From NCBI GenBank assembly GCA_951406725.2, contig OX597826.1, positions 78,926,001 through 78,990,000 on the forward strand: DNA of 64,000 bases, read 5' to 3'. The notes beneath the pieces are model-generated. The model had not been told where the DNA came from. It ran no database searches and saw only the letters and a program-made list of their open reading frames with translations. This DNA comes from Octopus vulgaris (lineage: Eukaryota). This document shows, piece after piece, positions 25,778 to 40,113 of the stretch (positions are counted from its first letter, which is position 1; every line of letters begins with the position of its first letter). Both the position numbers and the translations under genes were made by a program.

Positions 25778-25841
<64 letters not shown>

Positions 25842-26044
25842 AGAAACAGAGTGGTAGGAGTGAGAGGCATTAGAGAGAAAAGAGCAGCTGAAGCAGAACT
25901 GTGATTGCATGATGGAGGTAGGGAGAGTGATAGAAAAGACACAGGGTAATCAAATAGGGAGGGTGATAAAAGAGAGTAAAGGTGACAAGAGAGGACAGAG
26001 AGAGAGAGTGATGGTAAGAGAGACTGAAGCAATATCTCTCTTAA

Positions 26045-26261
26045 CCCTTTCGTTACGGCTGAAACCGTCTCTGGCTCTGTAGTACAAATGTCTTGTTTTC
26101 AAAAGTTCTGAATTGAAATCTTCTACCAAACTTTAGTCACAATTTATGTTCTTACCACTAGCTGAATGATAACGAAGTTATTTTTACTAAATTATTTGTT
26201 ATATTTAAAATTAATTGAAAGAATCACTGAGCAGCTCAACAGAAATACGGTAACAAAAGGG
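26045..26261. mobile_element. piggyBac-type MITE
   Basis: TTAA|ccctttcgttac ... gtaacaaaaggg|TTAA; second copy at 62252-62866. Confidence 0.9.
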
Positions 26262-26312
26262 TTAAAACTTTTTCCAACCCTCTGTATGTCTGTGTGGGTG
26301 TAGGTATGTATG

Positions 26313-26407
<95 letters not shown>

Positions 26408-26408
<1 letters not shown>

Positions 26409-26632
26409 GCAATAAGAAAATGGAGGGGATCAATAGGTGGTATTCATCAACTTTTAGACATTATATTATGTCAGTTTGTTTATTTACTAAAATGACAATT
26501 ACAAGAATATACATACATATATAATTCTTGTAAATGGCATTTTAGTAAATAAATAAATATATAAATAGACATAATATAATGTCTAAAATTTGATGACTGC
26601 CACCTACTGGTCCCCTCCATTTTCTTATTGCT
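26408..26632. repeat. Foldback element with ~100-bp imperfect arms
   Basis: agcaataagaaaatggagggga... / ...tcccctccattttcttattgct. Confidence 0.9.
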
Positions 26633-27024
26633 CTATAAATTAATGGTAAAATAACTATTTACCCTCACCCATTTATTACTCTCTGTAATGTAATTGCCAT
26701 GCAATGAAAAAACACTTGTGTATTAATAATTGGGTATTCTACCAGCGGTAGATTGGATAGATATTATCCCTTAGTTGGTTGGATTCACAATCTGTAACTT
26801 TAGACTGGCCCCTGTGCTGGTGGCACATAAAAGCACCCACTACACTCTTGGGGTGGTTGGCATTAGGAAGGGCATCCAGCTGTAGAAACTCTGCCAGATC
26901 AGATTGAAGCCTGGTGCAGCCATTTGGTTTGCCAGTCCTCAGTCAAATCGTCCAACCCATGCTAGCATGAAAACCGAACGTTAAATGATGATGATTATAT
27001 ATATATATATATATATATGATTTT

Positions 27025-27408
27025 TTATCTTTTACTTGTTTCAGTCATTAGACTGTGGCCATGCTAGGGCACTACCTTGAAGACTTTTTTAGTCAAATGA
27101 ATTGACTTATTTTTTTAAAGCCTGGTACTTATTCTGTCCATCTCTTTTGCCAAACCGCTAAGTTATATGGGTGTAAACACACCGACAATGTTTGTCAAGT
27201 GGTGGGAGAGGACAAACACAAAGGCACACACACACACAAAGACACATACGACGGGCTTCTTTCAGTTTCCATTTACAAAATCCACTCACAAGGCTTTGAT
27301 TAGCTTGAGGCTATAGTAGAAGACACTTGCCCACAGTGGGTGTCACACAGTGGGACTGAACCCAGGACTATGTTGTTGGGAAGCAAACTTCATACCACAC
27401 AGCCATGC
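27025..27408 (-). mobile_element. SINE family A copy
   Basis: Similarity to other copies. Confidence 0.8.
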
Positions 27409-27971
27409 ATAGGGGAGCATCATAGCCACGTGTTGAGAGGAATTCTTTTGGGTTTGAATAATTCACCTCCGGAAACATGGGTATTTTGTTCATCATTCTT
27501 GAAACAAACCTTATTCAGGGACCTTTTGAGCAGGGTGGGCTACTCGACCTGAAGATAATTCTAACTGAGCCCCACCTGCAAGGTCATGTGCTGTTTATCT
27601 TGATGTAAGATCACCATGTCGCGCACATATGGTTGTGATGCATGTGCCTGGTCTACCCTTATCAGTTGGCTAGTCATGATGGGTATATTGGGCTTCGTAT
27701 AATTGTACCTCAGTGTCACTTTGATCGCATGCATTGCTCTCTCACTCAATAATAATAACTTTGTTTGTGACAAGCTTGAATTCTACGAAAGATAAATGAA
27801 AATTAAATAAACTCGGAAGAAAACACAAACACACGCTCACATACAAACACACATATACACTCACATACCTGCACTCATACATATACACACATATACACTC
27901 ATAGACACCTACATACATACATGCATGCACGCACACCTTCAAACATACATGCATACTTACACACACACGCC

Positions 27972-28019
<48 letters not shown>

Positions 28020-29196
28020 TAAACTTCAGGAAAGGTATTATGTGCATATTCCAACGAAGTATGTATACGAATTGAATAGTGGGCGAGTATGCGAATGTTT
28101 ATATAAAAAGTTTGGGTGTATGTAATGGAGGGAGGGTAAATGAGGATAATAAAAAGTTTGTCTATGCAGAGAGGAGAAGAGTGTGTTTATACATGTCTGT
28201 ATGTGTGTACCTCTCTATCTTTATATATATATATACACGCACACACATGTGCGTATGTGTGTATATGTATGGTATATCTATGAATGTATCGAGAGAAGAG
28301 AGAGAATATGTCTAACTCTCTCTCCACACATTCGCATATGTATGTAGTAATCAGTGCTTGTTGCTGGCCCAAAAACAAACTACTTCTCTCCTACAGTAGA
28401 AGAAAGAAAGAAAGAGAAAGAGAGAGTGAGTGAGAGGGTGGGGGGAAAGGGTAAAGCAAAAATTAATATAAGAAAACTGCAACACGAACAAGCAAGCAAG
28501 ACTAACAAGCAAAATACACCAACAGCGAACTGGCAGCCCGCGTTACACGTGAGGAACCAGTGTGTTTTGGAGTTTGAGTTAAACTTTGCTGACGAGAGTG
28601 AAGGAGGGTGGTCGTGGTTGGAGGATGAGGAAGAGAGATAGATAGACACAGAGAGAGAGAGAGAGAGAGAGGGGGCAGAGAGAAAGAGAAAGTAAAGATA
28701 GAGTAATGTTGTAGGGTATGTTGCGATGCCTGAGGGCGGTGGGGAGGAACGAAACATCGATAATAAGGAGAAAGGTAGAAAAGTATTAAATTGTAGAATA
28801 GGTGTGTAAAACAAAGGAGATGCAACCAGAAGATAATTTGTGGGGATCTCTTCTAGGGGATGGATTGAAATGAATCGACGAAAGATAGTCTATATTTCTT
28901 ACACAAATTTTATTTAATTGTTACGTAATTACATAACTGCAATAATTAGGAAGAAAACGCAAAAGTTTTTTGTTTTTGTTGACTGTTTACAGGGGAAAAT
29001 GTTGTCAAGTCTTTATAGTTGTCTGCCGTTGGTGTTGAAAGGAAGAAGGTAACGCGTTCGAGTCTCACGCGAAAGAAGTTTATTAGCGCGCGTGTGTGTG
29101 TGTGAAAACAGGGAAATTACTGTGGAGTTCGGGGCCATTTTGGTTGCATTTTAGGCTTCTGGACAGATCAGTGCATTGGGCCCTATAGTATCTATA

Positions 29197-29410
29197 GGCG
29201 AGCTGGCAGACACGTTAACACGCCGGGCGAAATGCTTAACGGTATTTCGTCTGTGGTTAGGTTCTGAGTTCAAATTTCGCCGAGGTTGACTTTGCCTTTC
29301 ATCCTTTCGGGGTCGATTAAATAAGTACCAGTTACGCACTGGGTCGATATAATCGACTTAACCCGTTTGTCTGTCCTTGTTTGTACTCTCTTGTGGGTTG
29401 TAAAGAAATA
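29197..29410 (+). mobile_element. SINE family B copy
   Basis: ggcgagctggcagacacgttaacacgccgggcgaaatgc... Confidence 0.9.
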
Positions 29411-29739
29411 AATGTCTATTTATTGAGGACAAGCTACTGCATACATACATAAATCAAAATTGGGCCCCTAGACCTGTGAGGCGAGCGGGCAATTGCCCAG
29501 TGTATCCATGCCTCAAGACGGCACTGTTGTAGCTGGGAGATGGAAACTGAGAAAAGGTGGCAGAAGAAATGGGGGTGTTGAGGGTGGCGGTTACTGGTAT
29601 TGAGTATATATATATACCTGTGTAAAAAGCCTAGGTACGTCACTGAAATTAGAGCTGAATTCGGTTTATCTATTATTAATTAATCACTGTTAAATCTAAC
29701 ATAACATCGGATTTCTGACAGGTGACAAATTGAACAAAT

Positions 29740-30860
29740 GGATTTTAATGCACAATTAGAGAACAATTGAACGTTAACCCACAAGTTTCAATTCTTGGTC
29801 ACGAATTCGTTATGTATCTCCTACATAACGAAATACGAAAAGTTATATTTGCTTGCCTGGAACATAAGTAGCGAAACCTTAAATATATGCAGTGTATGCG
29901 GAAAAAAACCTGCAAGATGCCCGTGTTTGCAGAAAGTTAGGCAAGTGCTATATCTACCACAAGTAGCAGAAAAAGGCAACAAGATGAGGCAAAAAATGAA
30001 ATTCGCGTTCGATCAGAGAAGATGGAGATAAACGCAATGCCAAAAATTTGACAACCTCTTGGGTTTTGGAAATATATTCCGCTGTAGTATTCTACGGAAT
30101 AAAGCTTCTGGATATTAAGAGAATCGGTCGATGCAGGTTAGCGGATGCGTACAATTCTGGGAAAGAGATACTGGTCTCAGGGTGTCGATGTTGGCAACGT
30201 ACGTCAGGTATTGCAAAATGCCAAGTGAGGGCTCATGGGGTGTATTTTAGCCTTTTGACATGATACCTTCTTTGGTGATGACCAGTTGCTGCTGAATAGT
30301 CAAATATTTCCGAGGGCTAGCATTTGTTGGAATTCTTGCTTCACGGCCTACAGACGACCCGGGTGGGGGATCTATGCGGGTCTCATAGCGATTGGTGGGC
30401 TGTAGGTCTCGATGTGATAGATAATATTGTGTTTAACTACTTTGTCTTTGAACACTGGACGAGCAATGTCTGGGTACTTACAGAATAGCGGTGTACCGTG
30501 TGGTTGTTGACTACAAGTGTCTGGGCTGTTATACCCTGCACAGTGAGGCTGGTACTAGCATTAATAAACCTGCAGCGTTTAACATTTACTAAAAGACTGA
30601 AATGATGAAGGAAATCAGTTCCTAAAACAGGAGTCGACAAAAACTTGACAAAGGCCTAAGTCCACAGTAAGAAGCCTTTCACCAAAAGTTGGAATCGGAA
30701 AATGGTTGACTGCCTTCAGAATTGGAGCGGCTTTTCTGGTAAATGGTGTCAAGGAAACTGGTATGACGCTAACTTCGGCTCTTGTGTCAGAATCAGGTGC
30801 CCGTAGAAGGGTCGTTAACGAAGAAAAAAAGGATTTTGTTTATGAGAGCCGGGAGCATTC
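29740..30860 (-). mobile_element. Gypsy LTR-retrotransposon pol relic (protease and integrase pieces)
   Basis: DTRAEVSVIP...IPTFGERLLTVDLGL...PVLGTDFLHHFSLLVNVK (aspartic protease); LTCIDRFS*YPEA (integrase core). Confidence 0.85.
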
Positions 30861-31879
30861 TCTGACCTCAATTCCTGTCTGTCTTTAGCAACAGAACAGG
30901 TTAATATTCTTTGGTGTGGTCTAGATTTAGAGCGTCGAACAAAATACCTTTCGGTATTATATTGCGGCTTTTTCCGTAGTGCGTTCAAATCCTAGCCAGG
31001 TCAACCTTGCATTTCATCCTTTTGTGGGAAGATGAGAGTCAATAAAAAAAAATTTAAAAACGAATCAATCACTGGTGTCGATGTTATCGACGAAACCCCT
31101 CTCCTTAAACCTCTTGGCTTTGTACGTAACTGCGTGTGTGTTTATCTGTTTAATCTGGGCACAGTTTTTTTTTGGTGGTGGGTGGGGGGATCCAAGAAGT
31201 TCAACTACAGTTTCCATCAATGAAACAGGCAGTGAAAAACTTCTGTCCTCTTTCTTTAGTGCCCAAAGCATAATTTATTTTGCTATTAATAGTTAATCCA
31301 GTCCTGGTTCTAGCCGTGACCTTCCCATCTTTTTATTCAGCCAGAGTATATATATATATATCTAAGAGTACCATTACTGAATGCCACCTTTTTAAATGAC
31401 CAACTGAGATTAATTTGCATCTACTTAACTCGCAGGCCGAGAAACAATTTAGAGGCTTTTTGCTCATAATTTAGCAAGTACTTCTGGAAGGTCGAAGATG
31501 CCCCCCCTCTCTCTCTCTTTGTTTTGTCTGTTGTTAGCGGAGGGTAATGCATGATGCTCGTGACCAGAGGTGAAAAGAGGAACGGGAAGAGTAGAATGTG
31601 TAAAAAGGGAGTTGAAGAATGGGAGGGGTGGCTATTGAGCTGAGGACAGGTAAGAAGGCGACAAGTTGCGCTGTATGTGCGGTGAGTGTATTGGTGTGGA
31701 AGTAAAGGTGACTGCAATTGCCACCGCAGTCACTTACCTCCAACTAAATGTACCTGATAAGACCTATCGTCACTCGTTTTTCTTTCTTTTTCTTTCAGAG
31801 ACGCCTGCACTAAACACTGTGTCCTATTAGTAGACAGACGGACAGACAGACAGACAGACAGATAGATAGACAGATAGAC

Positions 31880-31962
<83 letters not shown>

Positions 31963-31980
31963 TAGATAGACAGATAGATA

Positions 31981-32113
31981 AGTTTCTTTATTGGCCACAC
32001 AGGGCTGCACACAGATGGGACAAGTTACAAGGTAGAGCTTTTCTTTTGGGGGGATGAAAAAAACAAAAAAACAAAAGAAACAAAAAAAAAGGTGGCGTAG
32101 GTTTTCGATCAAA
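31981..32113 (-). mobile_element. Short 3' end of the L1/Tx1-like LINE inside (GATA)n
   Basis: Matches 34895-35002; (GATA)n on both sides. Confidence 0.8.
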
Positions 32114-32854
32114 AGATAGATAGATAGATATACAAACAGACAGACAGACAGATAGATAATAATAATAATGATAGATAGATAGATAATAATAGATAATAGA
32201 TAGATAGATAGACAGACAGATAGATAGATAGATAGATTGATTGACAGACAGACAGAGAGACAGATAGATAGATAGATAGATAGATAATAATAATAATAAT
32301 AATAATAAAACCTGTGGTAAAGTATCGTTTTTGCTACGTCACCTGCTACTAATTCTGCTTTTTACACTTTCGATCTTATCCATTAACAATAAGTCGCTGC
32401 TACACGTAAAAGAAAACGAGCCAACGTAAGAGTCCCTAGGTTAGGGATGGTGGGATACCCCATCGCTCACGGGTGGAATTTCGTTTGTATTCAAATTTGA
32501 AACTGTCTGTTGACGAAGTTCTATAAAAACCCAGATGAAAGAAGAAGAAAGAAGAATATGATGTAGGAAGTAGACTTCAGCGAGAAAACTGAAAAACGGA
32601 TGGTTTACAAAACTTGTTGTTTATCGGGGTAGATGGAGGATGACTTGACACTTTCGTAATCAGAAATGCAGTGAACCATTGAGTGGAATCGTTCGTCCGT
32701 TAGATTTAGGAACAATTTGTTGTGTAAGATAAAAGAAGTACCAGGTAGAGAAGAAGAAAACAAGTTTGAACCGGGTGGGGTGGGTGGAAACAGTTGTAGC
32801 GTGGGTAGAGGATGTGTGAGGAAAGTATAAGGTTTTACTACGTAATAACCGAGG

Positions 32855-32949
<95 letters not shown>

Positions 32950-33629
32950 GTAGATAGGTAGATAGATAGAGAGATAGATAGATAGAGAGAGAGATAGATA
33001 GATAGATAGATAGATACATAGACAGATAGAGAGAGAGAGAAGGTAGGAAAGGTGAAAAAGAAAGAGAGATGGTATAAGGAAGGAGAGAAGTTACAAAAGT
33101 AATTAAAAGAAAAATACTACGATGAGGGTGACGAGAAAGAATGAAAGAAATACGAGGAGTTGTAGCGAGGTAGGGGTGGAGAAAATAAGAATAGAAAAGA
33201 GTGGTCGGGGAAGAGTGGAGTGTAGCGTGGTTTGTTTGAGAGTGAAGGTGAGTAAGGTAGTGTCTGAGTGTGAGTGTGAGTGAAGCGTTGAAATAAAAGG
33301 TTACGTTTTCGGTGAATTTAAGTGGTTGTAAGAATAGGTGAGACGGGTGGAGGACAGACGAAATGGAAACGGTCTGAGAGTTTGGTAAGAGGGAGTTGAG
33401 GTGGAATGGGAAAGAACCTTCGAAAAGGAATGGATAAATGCAAAAAACTAGAAGAGTTGCTGGAGAAAAAACAACAACAAAAACCCAGAAAGATATATAA
33501 ATAAAGTAAAAGGTAGAAGGTTGAGGAAGGAGAAAATAAAAGCGATGAGCACCAAGGAATATCCATCTATTTACAGTTTTGGTGATGCAAACAGGAAAAA
33601 CAGAACTCAAAACGTGTGTGCCTATGTGT

Positions 33630-33660
<31 letters not shown>

Positions 33661-33663
<3 letters not shown>

Positions 33664-33700
33664 TTGAAAACTCCACTAGAATGGACGAAAGCGCTAATAT
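33661..33700 (+). ncRNA. Minimal hammerhead-like motif, U3-A8 core
   Basis: tgt TTGAAAA c tcca-ctagaa-tgga c GAA agcgct a ata; palindromic helix III; 10.1-11.1 pair broken. Confidence 0.45.
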
Positions 33701-33834
33701 ATGATGTATGATGTATAAAAACATGTAATATACAAATAAATATCTGTAAATATAAAACCATCCGAATTTCTGAGTACCTCATTTCTTCTAATATATAATA
33801 CCTGTACATCATTTCCAAACCTTCTAACATATAT

Positions 33835-33953
<119 letters not shown>

Positions 33954-33989
33954 TATACTTTATTTAAAAGCAGCAGAAATTCAACAAAA

Positions 33990-34030
33990 CCCGTTACTCG
34001 GAGTTTCACGTTCCCGTTCGTCGGACAAAA
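33990..34030 (-). ncRNA. Hammerhead-like motif, CCGACGA core
   Basis: tttgt CCGACGA acg-ggaa-cgt GAA actc-c-gagt a acggg. Confidence 0.5.
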
Positions 34031-34093
34031 CCTCTACCCCTGGTATTTGAGTACTCTTTTTTCCACTTTGTTTCACATTTATGTGTTTACTCT

Positions 34094-34132
<39 letters not shown>

Positions 34133-34695
34133 CGTGAGTGAGAGAGAGAGAGAGCAAAAGCAACAGGGTGACTCAAGGGGCGAGAGTTTCATGCGTTTGC
34201 ACTTAAACTTATCTATCGATCTATCTGGTGCGGGTGTTTATCCATGTGTATTCATGCGCGCACACAAAAAGAACAATGTAATAATATATATTGGTAGTAA
34301 CTATTAGATTTCTTGAAGTGGTGGTGGTGGTAGTAGTAGCAGCAGCAGTAGCAGTCATAGTTGAAGGGGAAGAAGAAAAGAATAGTAGCTTTAATGTTCA
34401 AATGTAACTACTACTATTACTACTGCTGCAACTGGTGGTGGTGATGGTGGTGGTGGTGTTGAGTGTTAAGGTAGAAGAGATAAATTCAGTTACATACAGA
34501 CAGGTGACAGACAGAAGTGAGAGAGAGGGGAGGGGGAAGGCGAGAGATGGGAGACGATCTGCGTTTTCACTCCATCACTTTTGGATACAGAAGCGCGAAA
34601 AGTATTGGAGGCGAAGTGTTGACGTTTTTGGATGAGGAAGGAAATAGGTAGATTAGATGGGTGGGTATATAGGTAGACAGACACACAGATAGATG

Positions 34696-34769
<74 letters not shown>

Positions 34770-34789
34770 GATAGGTGGGTATATAGACC

Positions 34790-34893
<104 letters not shown>

Positions 34894-34894
34894 T

Positions 34895-36050
34895 GTTTCT
34901 TTATTAGCCACCCAGAGCTGCACACAGGCGGGACAGATTACAAAGTAGAGCTTTTCTTTTTGGGGGAGAGAAAAAAAAAGTGGGCTAGGTTTTCGATCAA
35001 AAGGGATCGTAAAAGGGAAAGAAGAAAAAAAGAGAACAGAAAAAAAAAACGATCAATAGGGATCGTGTATCACAGAAATGTCATGATGTAAAGTGTAAAG
35101 GGGGAAGCAGATAAAGAAAAGCCTACGGAAAAGACCACGGTAACCTCGGTCAATAATGTTACATGTTACCACATTTGTTTGCAAGTAGGTAACCCTCTGT
35201 TTTAAATTTTCCGGGTTCATAGGATTATGCTCATGGTGGCTTCGTCATTCATACGTGCCATCCTTGCTACATTCACCCATGCTGTAGAGCTTATCCCGAA
35301 CGGGTAGCGCTTCTCGGTAGCACTGTCAGGCCAGGGATCTCTGGAAGTTGTCCATGGGCCCTGGCCCGAAAGTCGTCCTGAACAGGCAGGTCGGGTATTC
35401 CTCGTCGACGTCCAGGTTCGCCCTGAGCTCGTCGTCGTACCTCCCCTCCACTAATGCTTTGGTTGTGTTGAAGTCACTCAAGGTCGGCCCGGGACGGCAT
35501 AGTTGCTTGAGAGCTACGCGACACTCGCGGTGCCATTCGCCCTTCCTCGGCCTCTTTTTGATCCACGACTGCAGTTCGGTCATGGAGACGAGTTGCGGGA
35601 AAGCGTGCCTCACAAACAGCGACCACACCTGTTCACCGTCGTCTACGTAGAGCCTGAGATGTCGCAGACTCAGCGCGTGTCTGCGCATCACCAACCACGG
35701 CATGCCCAGTCCTCCTTTTAACGGGTGTTGACAGCAAATGGATCGCCTGACCATCGGGACGCATCCTTTCCACAAGAAGCGAATGAGAATGCGTTCTAGT
35801 TTGGTGATGGGAGGGACAAGGCACGACAGTCAGGCGGTAGTAGATGACGGACGCGAGTTCGCCACCTCCGCCCGACCTTTTAGGGGCAGTTTCCTCTCGT
35901 CCCATTGCCGGGCGAGACTGACCACCCTACTCGTTATCTCGTTCCAGTTTTTCTCCATTTGGAAGTCCGGACCAAACCAGACCCCGAGCAACTCAACCGG
36001 ACCGTCGGTCCAGCGTCCCACGACGGAGGCGCTGGTGGACGGCATGGGCT
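34895..36050 (-). mobile_element. L1/Tx1-like LINE ORF2 3' part and 3' UTR, deleted and frameshifted
   Basis: VELLGVWFGP...NWNEIT...QWDERKLPLKGRAEVAN; LLWKG...PLKGGLGMP; ends aataaagaaac then (TATC)n. Confidence 0.85.
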
Positions 36051-36062
36051 TGCTTATGTATA

Positions 36063-36219
36063 TATGGAGTGGATGCGTGGCAAGTAGCTTGCTTACCAAC
36101 CACATGGTTCCCACTACGTGGCACCTTGGGCAAGTGTCTTCTGCTATAGCCTTGGGCCGACCAAAGTCTTGTGAGTGGATTTGGTTGACAGAAACTGAAA
36201 GAAGCCTGTCATATATACG

Positions 36220-36250
<31 letters not shown>

Positions 36251-36463
36251 GTTTGTGTGTCTGTGTTTGTGCCCCCAACATCGTTTGACAACCGATGCTG
36301 GTGTGTTTACGTCCCCGTCACTTAGCGGCTTGGCAAAAAAGACCGATAAAATAAGTACTAGGCTTACAAAGAATAAGTCCTGGGGTCAATTTGCTCGACT
36401 AAAAGGCGGTGCTCCAGCATGGCCTCAGTCAAATGTCTGAAACAAGTAAAAGACAGTAAAAGA

Positions 36464-36465
<2 letters not shown>
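36063..36465 (+). mobile_element. SINE family A copy
   Basis: Similarity to other copies. Confidence 0.85.
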
Positions 36466-36528
<63 letters not shown>

Positions 36529-36559
36529 TGCATATTTGTATTATATGTTGCTTGCTTGC

Positions 36560-37030
36560 TTGCTCAGGCTGGGGTCATGCCAGGTTAGTGGTCCCAGAGA
36601 CGTCATCATGCGTAGAGCCGGCCAGGTCCATCAGTGCTTCCCCCACCACCATCCACTGCCAGCGCCTCTACATCTTCTAAAGTGACGTCCAGCCTCTGGA
36701 AATCTTCCCTAATCGCGAACACCCCATCTGGTGCGGAGCCTGCCACGAGGCCCCTTCCAACCCGCAGCGGTTACGTCGAGTGAGAGAATAAAGGCCTGGT
36801 AGGATGATCTTGCGGGAGACGGACGAAATGTCCGTAGCGGCGCAGGCGACGGTTAGCTGTGAGGTGGGAGGTTGTAAGCTGATACGTGCATGGACACAGT
36901 TTTTTTTTTTTGTGAGAGACGTGATGGTACCATCTGATGTTCTCGATGGTTCTCAGGGCTCTGCTATCGCAGCCATCGATCCGCTTTTCCAGGGTCATCG
37001 AGAGGGGTCACGTTTCTGCTACATAGAGCG
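36560..37030 (-). mobile_element. RTE-like LINE C-terminal relic
   Basis: LEKRIDGCDSRALRTIENIRWYHHVS...RRLRRYGHFVRL...GWKGPRGRLRTRW. Confidence 0.85.
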
Positions 37031-37070
37031 AATTGGAGAGGCCCGATAGAGCAGTGGCGTCAAAGGGGCT

Positions 37071-37148
<78 letters not shown>

Positions 37149-37183
37149 AATCTATCAATCAATCAATCTAATCTATCTATCTC

Positions 37184-37226
<43 letters not shown>

Positions 37227-37253
37227 CTCTCTATCTATCTATCTATCTCTCTC

Positions 37254-37321
<68 letters not shown>

Positions 37322-38114
37322 CCTGCCTGCCTGTCTCTACATACACGCGTAAACACATACAAATGTATGTATGTATGCTTTACATTCACGGAAAGAAACA
37401 AGGATGAAGAGGAGAATGTTAAAGATAGTTTGGTATAAAGCATTAAAGATACTTCAGGAAAGTAGACACACAGACAGAAACTGGGGAAAAGAGAAAAATG
37501 AAGATAGCAAAACAAAGTAAGGGAGAAAGATGACGAAGGGAAACGATTTGAGCTAAAAAGAAAAAAGAAAAAAGCAGACGACTTTGAGAGCCATTGGTAG
37601 AAATGATAAAGTTATGAGAGAGAGAGGGAGAGAGTAGGGGGAGAGATGAAAAAGAGGGAGAGAGAAAAAAGAGGAGAGAGAAGCGAGAGAGAGAAAAGAG
37701 GGAGAGAGAGAAGCGAGAGAGAAAAAAGAGGGAGAGAGAGAAAGCGAGAGAGAAAAGAGAGGGAGAGAGAGAGAGGGGGAGATGGTAAAATGTTGAAGGA
37801 TAAAAAGGCAGAGACGGAAAGGACTGCTAATAGGATCTAAAAGATGTAAAACCTTTTTGTGGGTACCTATGTGGTGTGCGATTGTGTGTGTGTGTGTGTC
37901 TGCAGAGATGTGTTTGTATGTATACGGCAGTGTGTGTGTGTGTGTGTGTGTAAGATTCGGTTTGAGGGCGAGATGAAACGAGTGAAATAGATACATAAAG
38001 AGAGAGAGAGATAAACTCATAGATGGAAAAAGTATTAAAGTCTATATATAGAAAGAAAATCATTTACAGAGGAGCGGAAGCTGGGCGAGATCTATATATA
38101 TACATATATATATC

Positions 38115-38147
<33 letters not shown>

Positions 38148-38512
38148 AGGGAGGGAGAGAGAGAGAAGGGGGGAGAGAAAGGGGAAACGATAGTTACAGA
38201 GAGGAAGAAAAGTTGGGGGAGAAAAAAAACTTTGTGAGGTCTGATAAACGGAGAACTATTTTAGGTACGCACACTCAGACACTCCCATACATATACACGC
38301 TCACGCTCGCACACATACATACACACGCACACACACACATACACACCTGGTACCTGCTTCCTTTTTCTGTCTGTCTCTCTCTCTCTCTTTCTCACAAAAA
38401 TGGGGAAGGCGGGTTTATGGGATTACCTTAAGGTTTCCCGTCCATAAAGGATTTAGCTTTGTGGCGTATCGTCAGATCTCAAAAACCTGTTGGCCCAAGA
38501 CCTAGAGAAAGT

Positions 38513-38845
<333 letters not shown>

Positions 38846-39158
38846 GACGAGTTACGTCGCAATATATCATCGTTTTTTTTCCGGGCCTTGTGCCAAGAGT
38901 AGAAAAGATTATATCGTCGTTTTAGCGTCCACTTTTCCATGCTCGCATGGATCAGATGGATCTTTTTGAGGCAGATTTTCTACGTTCGGATGTCCTTCGT
39001 ATCACCAACCCTTGATATCAAGCAAGATATTTCCCCATGGGCAAACACGTTTCCACAGAATGTTACAGGTGAATGACGTTCACTTACAGCAAAAGACGAA
39101 GACAGCTGGTGTAGACAACAAACAGATGTATTAGTATAACGCTCGGGAAATGAAAAAG

Positions 39159-39196
39159 TTTTTAACGTTTCGAGCCTACGCTCTTCCACAGAAAGG
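39159..39196 (-). ncRNA. Minimal hammerhead-like motif, CUGUGGA core
   Basis: ccttt CTGTGGA a gagc-gtag-gctc GAA acgt t aaaa. Confidence 0.55.
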
Positions 39197-39610
39197 AACA
39201 CAGAAAGAAGCAAGGAGAGAAAATAAAGAATGTGTAGTGGCTAGCGATCTATCATGGCGATCTAACTGTACTCTAAAGTAAAGATTATTCACCAACATAA
39301 TGTGGAAGTCCTGCTTGGGACGAATGTTACTGTTATTTAACCCCCTGTTCGAAAATATAAGGACACAGGTTGTGTGTCGTATAGCCAGCTGGAGACGATG
39401 TTTCCTGAAGCTAAATAATAATTTTTCTATGTATGTATATATATATTTTTTTTTCCTCGGGTTTCTTGTGTGAAAAGTATTCACCATGGCCCTTTGCCGA
39501 TTCGTATTCGTTACCCATGTCTCGCATCCATATATAATGTGACCGCGTGTGTATCGTTGGCGATATTTTTTCCTCCGTCTTCCCTTCCTTGGATCTTTCC
39601 TTTACCTATG

Positions 39611-39643
39611 TTTCTTACGAAGAGCTTCGCTCGAAACGTTAAA
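39611..39643 (+). ncRNA. Minimal hammerhead-like motif (G5 mutated)
   Basis: ttt CTTACGA a gagc-ttc-gctc GAA acgt t aaa. Confidence 0.5.
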
Positions 39644-39783
39644 TCCTCCTTCTTTCCTTCCTTTCCTGGGCGTCCAATAACACTATACTTGTTCCACGTC
39701 CTCACATTGTTGTGTTTTTGTGTTTTCATGTTTGGATTAACTTTATATACCGCACGTTCACACGGACCTCGGCCTTCTGACTG

Positions 39784-39887
<104 letters not shown>

Positions 39888-39930
39888 ATATGTATATATA
39901 TGTATATATATGTATATGTATATATATATG

Positions 39931-39962
<32 letters not shown>

Positions 39963-40067
39963 TGTATGTATGTATGTATGTATGTATGTGTGTATGTACG
40001 TTTGTATTCATTGATATTTAACTTAAATAGTGACTCAAGGTCTGTGAGTTTCGTACATTGGTACACT

Positions 40068-40113
40068 AGTTTGATAAGTGCCAACGCACGAAACTCTCGG
40101 ACCTTGAGTCACT
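40068..40113 (+). ncRNA. Type-I hammerhead motif, U3-A8 core, GUC site
   Basis: agt TTGATAA gtgc-caac-gcac GAA actc-tcggacctt-gagt C act; all three helices pair. Confidence 0.7.

Noticed and set aside
32660-33724. 354-aa ORF, the longest in the track
   Set aside because: Reads through (TATC)n and CT-rich low-complexity DNA; no domain
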